A DNA stretch of 54,063 nucleotides, the filler included, from Catajapyx aquilonaris (lineage: Eukaryota): assembly GCA_000934665.2 (NCBI GenBank). It is 2 parts of 2 records of this genome, joined end to end, with 100 filler letters (N's around TTAATTAATTAA, not from the genome) between each part and the next. Parts side by side here need not be neighbours in the genome. Positions count along the whole stretch, not along the records: positions 1 to 26,855 come from JYFJ02005141.1; 1 more part is not named here. The stretch is one strand, 5' to 3'. The notes beneath the pieces were generated by a model, which worked only from the letters and a program-made list of their open reading frames with translations, had not been told where the DNA came from and searched no databases. Position 1 is the stretch's first letter. The number at the start of each line of letters is the position of its first letter. A program made the translations under genes and the position numbers. This document shows positions 1-12,310 of this stretch, one piece after another.

Positions 1-2263
1 GGGGGGGCTAAAACTAGGCTACGGGGACATTAGTGAGTGATGACGGGCCCGCCAGGACGCGAGGGCAGGTCGGCAGGAGATGGAAGTGTCGTAGGCTCTG
101 TCTGACACACAGATTGTCCATATATGGTCTAATGACAAGCGATTTAGTAGTAATTACTTGTAAACTTGCATAATAATGAATATTTCAAATAATTTCATGC
201 GTATTAAGATAAACCACTACAAACTAAATATTATTTAAAAATGAAATTGCATTATTTTAAATTTTAATTGAAAAGGAAGAACAAGTATTTGCTATTTTAT
301 GCCCATTTAGACCCCATTTTTATTGTAGAAGGCTACAACCATAAATATTGACACATCTTGTACTGTACGCGGAGGAATTCACTCTACAAATATCCACGAA
401 TCACAATAAAAGACCTTGTACAGTATAATTCTGAATCCGGAGCATGCACAAACCTTGGGAGATATTAACATCCTACCTGCCTGTTGGCAGTATTAAGTCC
501 AAATATATTTTGTAGGAAAAAGTTCCCAGGCCTCCCATTACACATCCAACCAGGTTTCTAGGTTTTCCTGTGAAACTTTATTCCTTAAAATGACCTCTTT
601 TTTAATATTAAAAAAAAGAAGAAGAAGAAGAGAGAGGCTGTGCAGCTTGAAAAATGATCCTTAGAGAACTACAGTATTAGAGAATAAGTAGAGAGAGACA
701 GAGAGAAGCTTGGTGCGAGACTACAAAGGGTATGAAAACGGCATGACTGTCATAGCAACGGCCATTTTGTGCGTGAAGGGTGGGAGGAAGGGAGGGAGGA
801 AGGGAGAGAGAGATGATTTTATATGAGACGAATTTCACCATCTCGTCTTGTGGTCCCCTTGGAAATAAATGTTTGTTTCTGTGCGACCTAGTTTAAAAGC
901 ATCCTTTGGGTTGAAGCGTCTTTGTGATGTTTGCTTCAAAGCGAAATGGGAAGGGGAGTTTGGCAAAAGGGGGGAAGGAGGAGGCCTCCCCTCTCTCCAC
1001 CTTCCCCAGGTTTTTATCTGGCAATAAAAGCAGGCTGCTGTAAAAAGAAAAGGGGAAGCGATTGTACCAGGTTGGGTTCACAGAAACGCTTTTTTTAAAA
1101 AATGGGTGGCGGAGGGGGGGGGGGAGCTACACATTACATTTCTTGGAGTTAGACCTTGGTTGGACCGGAATTCGGAATTAGATTTTTTTTTTGGGGGGGG
1201 GGGGGAGCAAAGTTAGCATTTATTGATATTTTTGGCTGGATTGAGCGAATTCAAGGACACCATATCCTGGGAGTCAGGCGTCTCTTCATACAGGACCGCC
1301 AAACGGGTTGCTCTGAACAGTCAGGATAACTTGCAGTTGCACTGCCTACATGTATAGTAAGTAACATACCGGTAATATAAATAACCAATACATAACAACC
1401 AGGAAATAATACAGATATCAAAATAATAATATGTGTTAAAATAACAATTATGTATTAATTAATATAACTTAGATAAATATATGAACCAAATACATTATGA
1501 CAAATATTATTAGAGATAATAATTATGACAAAATTTTCCGTATTATCTTAATATTACACAGTATAATACCCACTAAGCATTGCGGTGAAACTCAGGCGAG
1601 ACTTGAGGCGAATTGAGTGCCAATGGTCGTTCCCTCGTTGGCCAATATTTTTGTCGTTGTTCACTCATCAGCTGTGCCGCATTATGTATTGTTGGCGGAA
1701 TGTGCGTCACACCCTAAAGAGCTGGTTGGGGGGGAGGGGGGAAAGAGAGGGGGGGAATTGACCCTTTTTGTTAAATTAAACGGATCCACCTCCCATCCCC
1801 CCCTCTCCCCCCGCCATCTCATTATTACATGTGCTTTTTTTTGTTTGGTTTTTTGCGTCACGCATGGACGGAGCGCTCGGCCCCATTTTTGCGGCCCCAA
1901 ATTATCAGTTCGCGCCTGTATTCAAATTGACCCAATAAACCTCTCTTCCAGTCCAAATTTCCTATATTCTTTTAAAGGAGAGAGAGAAAAAAATGACGAG
2001 CTATTATTAAAACCTCCAAGCTGAAGATAAATAATCCGAAACTTTGCAAAGAAAAAAAGGGGTGATTTTGGCAACATTACGTCTCACCAGGGTCTAATAC
2101 CTTCTGGTTCTGAAATAGATGTCATTCATTATCAGATATGGCTACCTAACATCAATAATAATACGAATAAAATAACTAATAATTGCGAGCAGTCTCTAAT
2201 TAATCATGTTTACTAATAACTAATAACTAATGAATACTAAAACTGATAATAACAATTAACAAG

Positions 2264-3085
2264 TGAAAGTAATATTTGTTAATAGCGAAGGAAAGTAATA
2301 TTTGTTAATAACGAAGGAAAGTAATATTTGTTAATAACTAATGAAAGTAATACATATTAATAGCTAATGAAAGTAATACATATTAATAGCTAATGAAAGT
2401 AATACATATTAATAACTAGAGAACGGATTTCCAGGTTCTAAAAAACGCTAAAATAGGTAGGCATTTAGGCCCTGAAAACAGTCAAAATAGGCTCTTAAAT
2501 AGGCACTATAAATCAGGCTGGTTCTAATTTATTTTAATTTCTACACAATGGAATTTTGCAGCACAGTAACAAACTAGCAGTTATTCCATATTTTCGGTGG
2601 TTAATCGCAGATTTTCGGCGACAGTTCAGATCCTCCCTCACGGGGAGCCAATATGGCCGATAGAAAATCCGTCGGACCGAATGTAGCAGCTTATTTGACG
2701 GCTATTAATAACAGTTATTTCGAGTCGCAATAACGGTTAACGGCATATTTCCCGGGATCTTACCCATCAACCCCTTCTTCTCTAGTCACAGGTTGAAGTG
2801 GGAGGGATTCCTTGAATGGAAAACCTGCAGAAATCTCGAAAATCTTACCGAACGGCGTGGAAAAGGTCGAAATAGGCACTAATAGGTGCTAATAGACCAT
2901 TTAGGTCCCAACACCCGAAATAGGCATTTTTAGGTTCTATAAAACTACGATTTTTGACGTCCTTGTGTTATGAAACGGATAGATATTTTGGTTCCGGTGT
3001 TCTGCCTACAAAAGAAAAAGTAGGTAAAAACCTAGAAATCCGTTCTCTATTAATAACTAATGAAAGTAATACATATTAATAACTA
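2264..3085. repeat. 26-bp AT-rich minisatellite interrupted by the hAT element
   Basis: Unit GAAAGTAATACATATTAATA(A/G)CTAAT repeated at 2264-2416 and resuming at 3050-3085. Confidence 0.85.
2417..3049 (-). mobile_element. Non-autonomous hAT-like DNA transposon (internal-deletion derivative)
   Basis: TIR TAGAGAACGGATTTC(C/T)AGGTT at both ends. 8-bp TSD TTAATAAC (2409-2416, 3050-3057). Minus-strand remnant RLTTENME*LLVCYCAAKF (2551-2607) resembles a hAT transposase C-terminus. Confidence 0.85.
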
Positions 3086-4249
3086 GGCTACAAATGTAAC
3101 TAATGCTAACGAATAATTTCCATCCAATTGTTACTAATAACTATAATTAGGCTACGAATGTAACTAATGCTAAGTAATAACAAAATATTAACTAATGTCT
3201 AATATTAACTAATGACTAATACCAACTGATAACCAATAATAACAGCAATGATAACATGGATAATAACTGTAAACCAAACCCAAATAATAACGGACAAAAT
3301 AACTATAAACGTCAATAATAGCTGATTAAATGATAATAGCAGTCCAATAGTATTGTCTGATTTGAACGATGTAAACAAAGCCTATGGTGATTCCATTCGG
3401 GTCAAATATTAGTAGCTAACACTATCGTTAACCAAGGAGAGTGAGTGTTCCAAAATCGACTGCTTAAAATAATATTGTTAGAGCAGCATCTGAGAGGAAA
3501 ATTCTCAAACTGAATTCGGTTTTTTGCATCAATATCGTTATACAGTATTTCTGCGTAAGCAGAAATACCTATAACGAAATTAATGCACAATTTTAGACGG
3601 CGCCTTTAAGTTTAGACCGGTTGTTCATATACACAGACCTGCCGGTTGAATTCCGACGACTTTAAAGCTCGTACAGTGGAGTCTCTGGCATTTGGAGGGC
3701 AACAAATAAATGCACTTTGGCAACTATTTTCGTTTGTACGTACCTACCCCTCGACATGAGTACGCAGTGTTGACCCCGAAGTGGTGGGGGGCAAGCATAA
3801 GGTATAAACTTTGAGCCTCTGACGACAGAAAGAGCAGCTGTCCACAAAGCAAACTCTCCCCTAGTCGTGTAGTTGAAAAGCCTTGGATTTTAACCTCCCC
3901 CGCCCCCTCGCTTCATGAAAAAAAAAAACCCTTTACCTGAAAGCTGCAGGAATTTGTTGAAGGGGCGGGAGCTGAATGCTGACCTCAAGATGAATGTGGG
4001 CAGGAATAAGCCAGGCGGACTTTGTCAACTATACTCGGGGTCTGGATCTTATGGCGCACAAAGGAAGGCTCGATGTGGACCACCTTTTTCCGCCCCCCGC
4101 CCCTTGCCTCCCTTTTATGTTTTCTGTTATTGATACGAGCTGGGGGAATTCGTCTGGGGAATAACAGCATGATGAGAGAGGTTAGGCGAGTTCCTTGGCA
4201 AATATGGAGCAGGATCAAGCGATCCGTGGGCCAGAACGACGATCGGATG

Positions 4250-4435
4250 CCAATCTGCGCATCCATCTGCGCAAGGGGGCTGGATATGCGCAGACGAATG
4301 CGCAATGGCTCATTTGAACAAAACTGCGCATCCATCAGCGCAGGGGGGCTGGACATGCGTAGACGAATGCGCAAGGAGGCTGGACTATGCGCAGAAGGAT
4401 GCGCCAGTGCATTTTAAGCAATTTGAGCATGCGTA
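4250..4435. repeat. TGCGCA-rich dispersed repeat with an internal ~50-bp duplication; related copy at 5030-5172
   Basis: CTGCGCATCCATC(T/A)GCGCA...GACGAATGCGCAA occurs twice. Both loci end in AGCAAT(T/A)TGAGCATGCG. Confidence 0.65.
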
Positions 4436-6199
4436 GCTCTCAAACAGTTCGCGAGCACTTTAATTAATATTTATAGCAATGACGTTGCATATTACAAATG
4501 AGTTATAACGGCTGCAGAGTGACTATAGATGCGCATGATGGAGGGAAGAGGCTGGGGGAAAAAAAAAATCCCAATGAATTCGGCAAACTTTTCCGCTCTG
4601 GAAAATTATGGAACATGTCGGTTGTCAGGGGCATGTTAAGCAGATTACGCGAAAAACACTGCGTAAGCCCCCGTTGTGCGGGAGCTTGCTAAAAAAAAAA
4701 CATCCCAACATAAAATGGGCGACTGTCGGTTTGCAATGACATCTGAGGGCGCAAATCCACTTCAACTTGCCTGAAAACATGGACGCCGGATTTGTAAATG
4801 GAGGTTACACACACACGCAGCGAGCTCTGTAACAATATAACCAAAAGTTTGCGTGACACGTTAACAAAATTTCGCGACAGTCTCGGTATTAGTTGGGATT
4901 AAGAATTAAGGGCTTATACTGGCATGGAGTTCACACTGTCATTTGGTCGTTGTCTTTAGGCTGGTTCACGCAGGGGTCGTTCTTGTTTTGTAGTCCAATG
5001 CCTTTAGAATCGACAAATCCGTACAAAGGACACACTGCGCATCTATTTGCGCAGGTAGGCCAGACCTACGCAGAACGATGCGCAGTGCTTTTTTTTTGGA
5101 AACTGCGCATCCATTTGCGCACGTGCTCAGAACGGTGCGCAGTGTGTGCTTCGAGCAATATGAGCATGCGGACACCTGCTGACTGACATCACCCGTCTTC
5201 TCCATCAGTGAAACCGGATGTGAGTGGCCATAAAGTAGTCCTTCTCTTGGCAGCCAACCTACTTCCCCTTTCCCTGGTGCCGCGAATGTGCTTCGGGGGC
5301 CGCATTGATTGGTCATTTGAGGCGAAGCATCTGGCGCCATCTTCTCCCTCCTTCCCTCCCTAAGAACTGCTAATTGGCGCCTCTTCCTGCTCCGGCCCAG
5401 CATAAATCTTTGCCGGAGGAATAAACACATTCTCCTTCAAGGATCGCAGCGTCAAAATAAGCCGTCGCATCAAAGTGGGCACCGAGCACAGGGTGGCCAA
5501 CAGCTTTTGCAGCTTTGTCCTTTTCATTTTCTCGTCTCTCGCAATTAGCTCTTAGTTTTTTACTGGCTCCCGTCTGAGTAGGGAGCAAGAGTTGACCACA
5601 GCTTCCTTCAGAGATGATGCCAAAACCTCCGGATAATCAGCGCAAGTCTGCTGAGAGCATGTTTCAAAGAGAGGGCAATGCACAAAGTGAAAATGGCAAT
5701 TTCGGGAATAGGCAAGGGGGAGGTTGTCTAGGGAGAGGGGGGGGGGGGCACCCGAACTTCAAAAGAAAACGGGAAGGGGGTGGAATGTTCAAAGTGTGCG
5801 ATTAAAAAATTTGCGGCCTTTTTTTTTGGCGAGACTTTTTGCTACGAGAGAGCGAGAATCGAATGGACTTTTTTGTTGCACTTTTGCGAACCGGGTGTGC
5901 AAGTGCCGTTTTTTTTTTTGGCAAAGCTGCCAAAGTCAAATGGGGTGTTAGCGCTGATTAAACTTGAGAGGGAAACAATTCGGACGTTTTTACTCGGGGT
6001 TGCACGGATGCACATATGATGGGGAAGCGTAGCTGCTGGTTCGTACTAGCCACTAAAACAAAGTAGCAGCTTATATAACAAAAGTCAATTAAATAGAAGG
6101 GAATGTGGAAATAACTGGTCACATAAATAACAATTAATACAAAATAGCGGCGAATGGAAAATATAGGTGAATCTGAAAATAGTCCTGAGCGAACAGAAA

Positions 6200-6985
6200 A
6201 ATGACAGTTTAGAAAGTAACAGTTAACAGGAGGTAACAGTTTAGAAAGTAACAGTTAACAGGAAATAACAGTTTAGAAAGTAAACGTTAACAGGAAATGA
6301 CAGTTTAGAAAGTAACAGTTAACAGGAAGTAACAGGTTAGAAAGTAACAGTTAACAGGAAATAACAGTTTAGAAAGTAAACGTTAACAGGAAATGACAGT
6401 TTAGAAAGTAACAGTTAACAGGAAGTAACAGTTTAGAAAGTAACAGTTAACAGGAAGTAACAGTTTAGAAAGTAACAGTTAACAGGAAGTAACAGTTTAG
6501 AAAGTAACCGTTAAGTGGAAGTAACAGTTTAGAAAGTAACCGTTAAGTGGAAGTAACAGTTTAGAAAGTAAGAGTTAAGAGGAAGTAACAGTTTAGAAAG
6601 TAAGAGTTAAGAGGAAGTAACAGTTTAGAAAGTAACAGTTTAGAAAGTAACAGTTAACAGGAAGTAACAACTTAGAAAGAAAAAGTTAACAGGAAGTAAC
6701 AGTTTAGAAAGTAAAAGTTAACAGGAAGTAACAGTTTAGAAAGTAACAGTTAACAGGAAGTAACAGGTTAGAAAGTAAAAGTTAACAGGAAGTAACAGTT
6801 TAGAAAGTAAAAGTTAACAGGAAGTAACAGTTTAGAAAGTAACCGTTAAGTGGAAGTAACAGTTTAGAAAGTAAAAGTTAACAGGAAGTAACAGTTTAGA
6901 AAGTAAAAGTTAACAGGAAGTAACAGTTTAGAAAGTAAAAGTTAACAGGAAGTAACAGTTTAGAAAGTAAAAGTTAACAGGAAAT
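6200..6985. repeat. 32-bp minisatellite (~24 copies) built of two related half-units; degenerate tail to ~7500
   Basis: Unit GGAAGTAACAGTTTAGAAAGTAACAGTTAACA. Confidence 0.95.
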
Positions 6986-7697
6986 AATTTATACATAATA
7001 GCAGAGAATGAGAAAATGACAGTTAATGTGAAAATAGCGGTTAATTTGAAAACCACAGTTACAAAATAAAATAGCAGGTTTTTAGACAATAACAGTTAAC
7101 AGGATGTGACAGTTAATACCAATAACAACGAATGATCAAATAACAGCTAATGTGAAAATAATGGTTAATATGAAAAATAATAGTGGGTGTGAAAATTAGT
7201 TTATAAAAATAACAGTTAACAGAAAGTTACAGTTAGTACCAATAACAGTAAACGATAAAATAGCGGTCAATATGAAAATCACAGTTAACAGGAAATACTC
7301 ATTAATACCCAATGATATCAGTGAATGGAAAAAATATAGGAGTGCAAAAGAAAATAGCAGTCGATGTGAATATTGCAGTTTATAACAATAACTATTAACA
7401 GGAAATAACAGTTGATGCAAAATAGCAGATAATATGAAATAATGGCAGTTAGTTCAAAAGATCAGCTAATACAAAAAGAGACGGGATAAAAACAGATAAT
7501 TAAAAATATGTTAATACAAAATAGAAGTTAATAGTTCTCGTGTAAGAGTCGTATAACGCTACACATTTTTCCCTGCGGACTTTTTGCTGTGTTGTCAAGT
7601 CGTGCTCTCGTCGTGTGTCTCTGAATACGAATTCCGACGGTTGTTTTTAGAAGTCTGCTACCTAAATCTGGGATTAGCGTGAACTTACCAACTATAT

Positions 7698-7998
7698 GGG
7701 TGGAATTTTCGTCTCACTGCTAGTTACGGCTAACTATTAGTACCAGTACCAATGTTGGTAATGGTAACTACTAACTTAGCAGAACCAATGGTGGGAATGG
7801 TTACTACTAACTTAGCAGAACCAATGGTGGGAATGGTTACTACTAACGTAGCAGAACCAATGGTGGGAATGGTTACTACTAACGTAGCAGAACCAATGGT
7901 GGGAACGGTTACTACTAACTTAGCAGAACCAATGGTGGGAATGGTTACTACTAACTTAGCAGTAGCTAGTAGTGGGATGTGAGACGAAAATTCCACCC
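7698..7998. mobile_element. MITE/foldback element containing a 36-bp minisatellite (6 copies)
   Basis: Perfect 20-bp TIR GGGTGGAATTTTCGTCTCAC (7698-7717 / 7979-7998) flanked by TAT on both sides. Internal unit ACCAATGGTGGGAATGGTTACTACTAACTTAGCAGA. Confidence 0.8.
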
Positions 7999-8704
7999 TA
8001 TGTTTTTGCATGACATTTTGAAGCCTAATTTTTCCAAGTGGATCACAACCCTCCCTTGAAGAATCACCCTGTAGTTTTTCCTCCCTCATTCACATCCCAT
8101 CAGTCTCTGGGCTGGCCCATTTGAATCTCCCCAGGCCTCCATCATCCGAGTCGGCAACGGGGCTTCAGGGCTCATTGGAATCATTTGTCACCTCATTTCA
8201 CACTACCCCCCCCCTCCCACCTCCCTCAAAAAGAGAGAGCGAAAAAAAAGATGGGGAGCGAGGATTCCCTTCATTTAAGGCCCCGAGACATTTAAAAGTG
8301 ACTAGAGATTTTAAGGTAATTGATTTATTCGCCAGCGCTCATTTGTCGCCAGATTTAAAGGCTTTTGCTTGCTCGCGACTTATGAGCGAATTCTTTCTCT
8401 CGCTTGCAGGGTTGCCGCAGTGATTTATTCCCCCTGTCGTTGCAGGGACTTCCGGCTGGATTCCCCACCCTCAAATTGGGCTTTCCAGGAGTTGAGGGAA
8501 GGAGAGGGAGCGAGGAGGGGAGAGACTATTTTACCTTCCTCTCTCTGTATATAAAGCCTGTTATTTGAGGCTTCATTTCACACCTTCTGATTGGCTTTCT
8601 AAGTCAGCGTTTGAAGCATTGAGCCAATGTAATTCTTGGATTTGCACAAACCACTCGAATTCATGTAGGTAGCTTGATTAGTGTGGGCCAGAAGTACTTT
8701 ATGT

Positions 8705-8945
8705 AGGAAGAAACGCGATCGAGGCGCCACTGAGACGCCAGGAGCCTGTCAGAGGCGGCCAAATAATTTCATTAAAAAATTGCATGGATGAAGCTTGGAA
8801 TTAGACGCGGTCGAGACGCGTTCGAAACGTCTAGGAGCCCGTTCACGAGGTAACCCAATAGTTTCAGAGATCATAGGTGAATATTGCACGTAGACGCGAT
8901 CGAAACGCGGTCCAAACGCTGTCGACCGATCCTAGTCGCGTCTGA
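8705..8945. repeat. Degenerate GACGCGGTCGA-motif repeat (same family as 24186-24750)
   Basis: Repeated (G/A)ACGCG(G/A)TCGA(G/A)ACGC modules. Confidence 0.65.
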
Positions 8946-9080
8946 ATAGCTTATGAGCGACTCTCAACCATGACTGGCAGTTTAGAAGCTACTCATATTG
9001 CCCTCCTATATGGGGCAAAAAAAGCATCTGCACATTTCTGTCCCAGTGTGTATATGCGTCTTTTTCCATATGAGACCGTC

Positions 9081-9290
9081 ACGGGCCACGCATGCGCAAT
9101 TCTGCCGTCAGATGTAAGAAGACCGTAACTCAAAAACAAGTAAGGGTGAAAGTCGCATGCACGCCCTGCACTAATCCCCTCTGAGTCAGGAGGGATAAGT
9201 CCAGGTCATGCTTGCGACTTTCGCCCTAACTGGTTTTTTGAGTTACGGTCTTCTTACATCTGACGGCAGAATTGTGAATGATTGGTCCGG
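9081..9290. mobile_element. Palindromic (foldback) MITE-like element
   Basis: Perfect ~40-bp inverted repeat 9097-9136 / 9235-9274, plus imperfect inner and outer arm pairing. Confidence 0.75.
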
Positions 9291-9859
9291 ATTTATTATG
9301 AACGTCCAGAACCATGCATTTTTGAGAGGCTGTGCTTGGACGTATCTGAATCGCAGTTAAGATGAGATGGGCTCGAAAGTGAAGCTCAAACAATCTCATG
9401 TGAGCTTGTTTACGAAAAGAGCGGCTGGGGCTGCTGTAATGGTAACAAGGATGGAGTGAAGGTAGAGCTGTAAGTGGCGGAGGAAGAAGGCAAAGTTTGC
9501 TTGGCAGCAAGGGCTTGGAAAAGGCAAAGTTTGTTCAGCAGCTGGCGAGGTTTGTTCTTTAGGGGGGGCCAGCCGGAGACGAAGGAACCTCTCTTTTTTC
9601 GGTCACGTGATTTTGCTTTTGTGTCTCCCCCCCCCCCCTCCTCCTCCTCCTCTTTCCACATGTCTGGCCTTGCCCACCAGTCACAAAACTCAAACACCCA
9701 GGGGAAATACACGGCCGGAATTACTTATGGCTGCCTGGGTTGACCGGTCGGGCCAGAAATGTCACTGGTTGGCTCATCTTGTATGAATCATGTCCGCTCG
9801 AAGTAACCTCATGCGTTGTCAGCAGTTGTCAGTTATTTCGTAGTTAAAAAGCCATACTT

Positions 9860-10620
9860 GTTGGACGTTATCCTAGTTACACGCTATTCTTGTTGGACGT
9901 TATCCTCGTTAAACGCTATGTTGGTTAGACCGCATTCTAGTTAAGACAGAGTTAAGAGCTATTCTGGTTGGACGTTATCCTCGTTAAACGCTGTTTCGGT
10001 TAGACGTTATTCTAATGAAACGCTATTTTGATTAGACGTTATTCTAATGAAACGCTATTTTGATTAGACGTTATTCTAATGAAACGCTATTGTGATTAGA
10101 CGTTATTATAATGAAACGCTAATTTGGTTAGACGTTATTCTAATGAAACGCTATTTTGATTAGACGTTATTCTAATGAAACGCTAATTTGGTTAGACGTT
10201 ATTCTAATGAAACGCTATTTTGGTTAGACGTTATTCTAATGAAACGCTATTTTGGTTAGACGCTATTCTAATGAAACGCTATTCTGGTTGAACGTTATTC
10301 TTTTTTGAGCGCTATTATAATCCGACGATTATACATAAATGCTGTTCTGATTATACGTTGTTTTAGCTAACCGTTATTCATGATGGACGTGATTTTAGTT
10401 AAACGTTGCTATGGTTTTAGTTACATTCTTATTGAACGTTATTATGGTTAAGCGCTATTATGGTTGGACGTGAGTCTTAGTTAAACTATTTTAGGCTCGA
10501 CATTATTCTTGTTATAGCCTATTCTTATTGGACATTATTTGAGTTAACCGTTATTCCGGGCTATTCTTATTGGTCGTTATTTTATTTAAACGCTATTATC
10601 ATTAGACGTTATTCTAGGCA
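9860..10620. repeat. 32-bp minisatellite (two 16-bp subunits) with homogeneous core and degenerate flanks
   Basis: Unit TTAGACGTTATTCTAATGAAACGCTATTTTG(A/G); core ~10000-10285. Confidence 0.9.
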
Positions 10621-11319
10621 GACGCTATGGAAAGCAGAAAACTAGTGTATTAGTTGCAAAAGTGGCGATTTGGCTATAACAGACCTCGGTTATAACAGAC
10701 GTGGTCCCTTGAAGTCTGTTATATCCGGAGTCAACTGTATTTATAGTAATAAAATTATCAGGGGTAGATATTTTTTAAAGATGTGCATGCAAATGTTTTT
10801 GCCAAAATTCTACAAGCATGCTCTTAACTACGGTTCTCTAAAGTGACACAACCTGCAGGGCACATACACTGTGCTAGAATATATTGTTCTTGTAGAAGGC
10901 TCAGTCAACTCGTAACGTCAACAAACATGTTTCTTTGGGTGACACGTCTGGATAAGAATGTCTGCAGCTCTTTTTCGGCTTGCTCTTGTAACTTTAAAAG
11001 CACGACTTGATAAGAATTTTTCACCCGAATGTAGTGACGGGGGTCTTAAAAATAATACACTAAGCAGACTTGTGCAGAATTAAGTCTGGGCTGAGATGAT
11101 TTTTTGGGGGCAGTTTTGATAGCTGGAAAAACGGAAATTTATTTAGAGAGAAGCAAATGCACGACTTCAAGTCACCGAGTGTGAAATATTAATCCGGAAT
11201 TCCTGTCTTCAAGCTGAAAGAAATGCTTCAAATGGAATATACGTATTATTGTTCTTCTTTACCAGGAAAATATACCGTATAAAAATACTTCCTGTGGAAC
11301 GTTATCGACGATATATCCT

Positions 11320-12310
11320 GTAACTGTTATTCCGATCAGACGTGATTATGATGCAACTTCTATTCCAACCGGACGTTATTAGTATAAGGTAGCCGTTATT
11401 CCGATCAGACGCTATTATTATACATCCGTTATTCGGATAAGACGTTACTTTTTGTGACCGTTATTTCCATCAGATATTTTTTATAGCCGTTATCCCAATA
11501 TGACGTTATTAAGTAACCGTAATTTCAATCAGACGTTATATGTAGCCGTTATTATGATGAGACGACTCTTCATTTTAAAAGCAGTTATCCCTATCTGACA
11601 TTATTAAGTAACAGTTATTTCAATCATACATTATGTAGCCGTTATTCCGATGAGAGGCTATTTATTTTAAAGCCGCGTTATTCGGATAAGACGTTAATTG
11701 CTTTGTAACCGTTATTCCGATGAGAGGCTATTTATTTTAAAGCTGCGTTATTCGGATAAGACGTTAATTGTTTTGTAACCGTTATTCCGATGAAATATTA
11801 TTGTTTCATAGCCGTTATCCCAATCTCAATCTGACGTTATTAAGTAACCGTTATTTCAATCTGACGTTATTAAGTAACCGTTATTTCAATCTGACGTTAT
11901 TAAGTAACCGTTATTTCAATCTGACGTTATTAAGTAACCGTTATTTCAATCTGACGTTATTAAGTAACCGTTATTTCAATCTGACGTTATTAAGTAACCG
12001 TTATTTCAATCTGACGTTATTAAGTAACCGTTATTTCAATCTGATGATATTATGTAGCCGAGTTATTCTGACAAGACGTTATGTAACCTTTATTCAGATC
12101 ATGATTAACCGATGTAACCGACCAGGCGTTATTATAATAATTCTATCCGTTATTCCAATTCGACAATCTTATTACAACATTGTTATTCCGATAAGACGTT
12201 ATTACTTTGTAACAGCTATTCCAATCAGACATCATTATGTATGACCGCTATTTCGATGAGCTGTTTTGTTGATGGGTTATTTGGATGCGACGTTCTTCTA
12301 AATGAACTGT
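11320..12310. repeat. 30-bp minisatellite with perfect core (~11828-12044) and degenerate flanks
   Basis: Unit GTTATTTCAATCTGACGTTATTAAGTAACC, about 7 identical copies. Confidence 0.92.

Noticed and set aside
7730..8089. Repetitive ORFs on both strands (MVTTNLAEP... / LVVTIPTIGSA...)
   Set aside because: By-product of a 36-bp minisatellite inside a TIR element; no splice or domain support
9097..9274. Sola-like element with 4-bp TSD (AATT here, TATG at 30230/30458)
   Set aside because: Arm complementarity continues beyond the supposed ends at both loci, so the 4-bp repeats are not reliable TSDs
11768..12244. 158-aa ORF with LTLLSNRYFN repeats, superficially LRR-like
   Set aside because: Translation of a perfect 30-bp minisatellite with no synonymous variation
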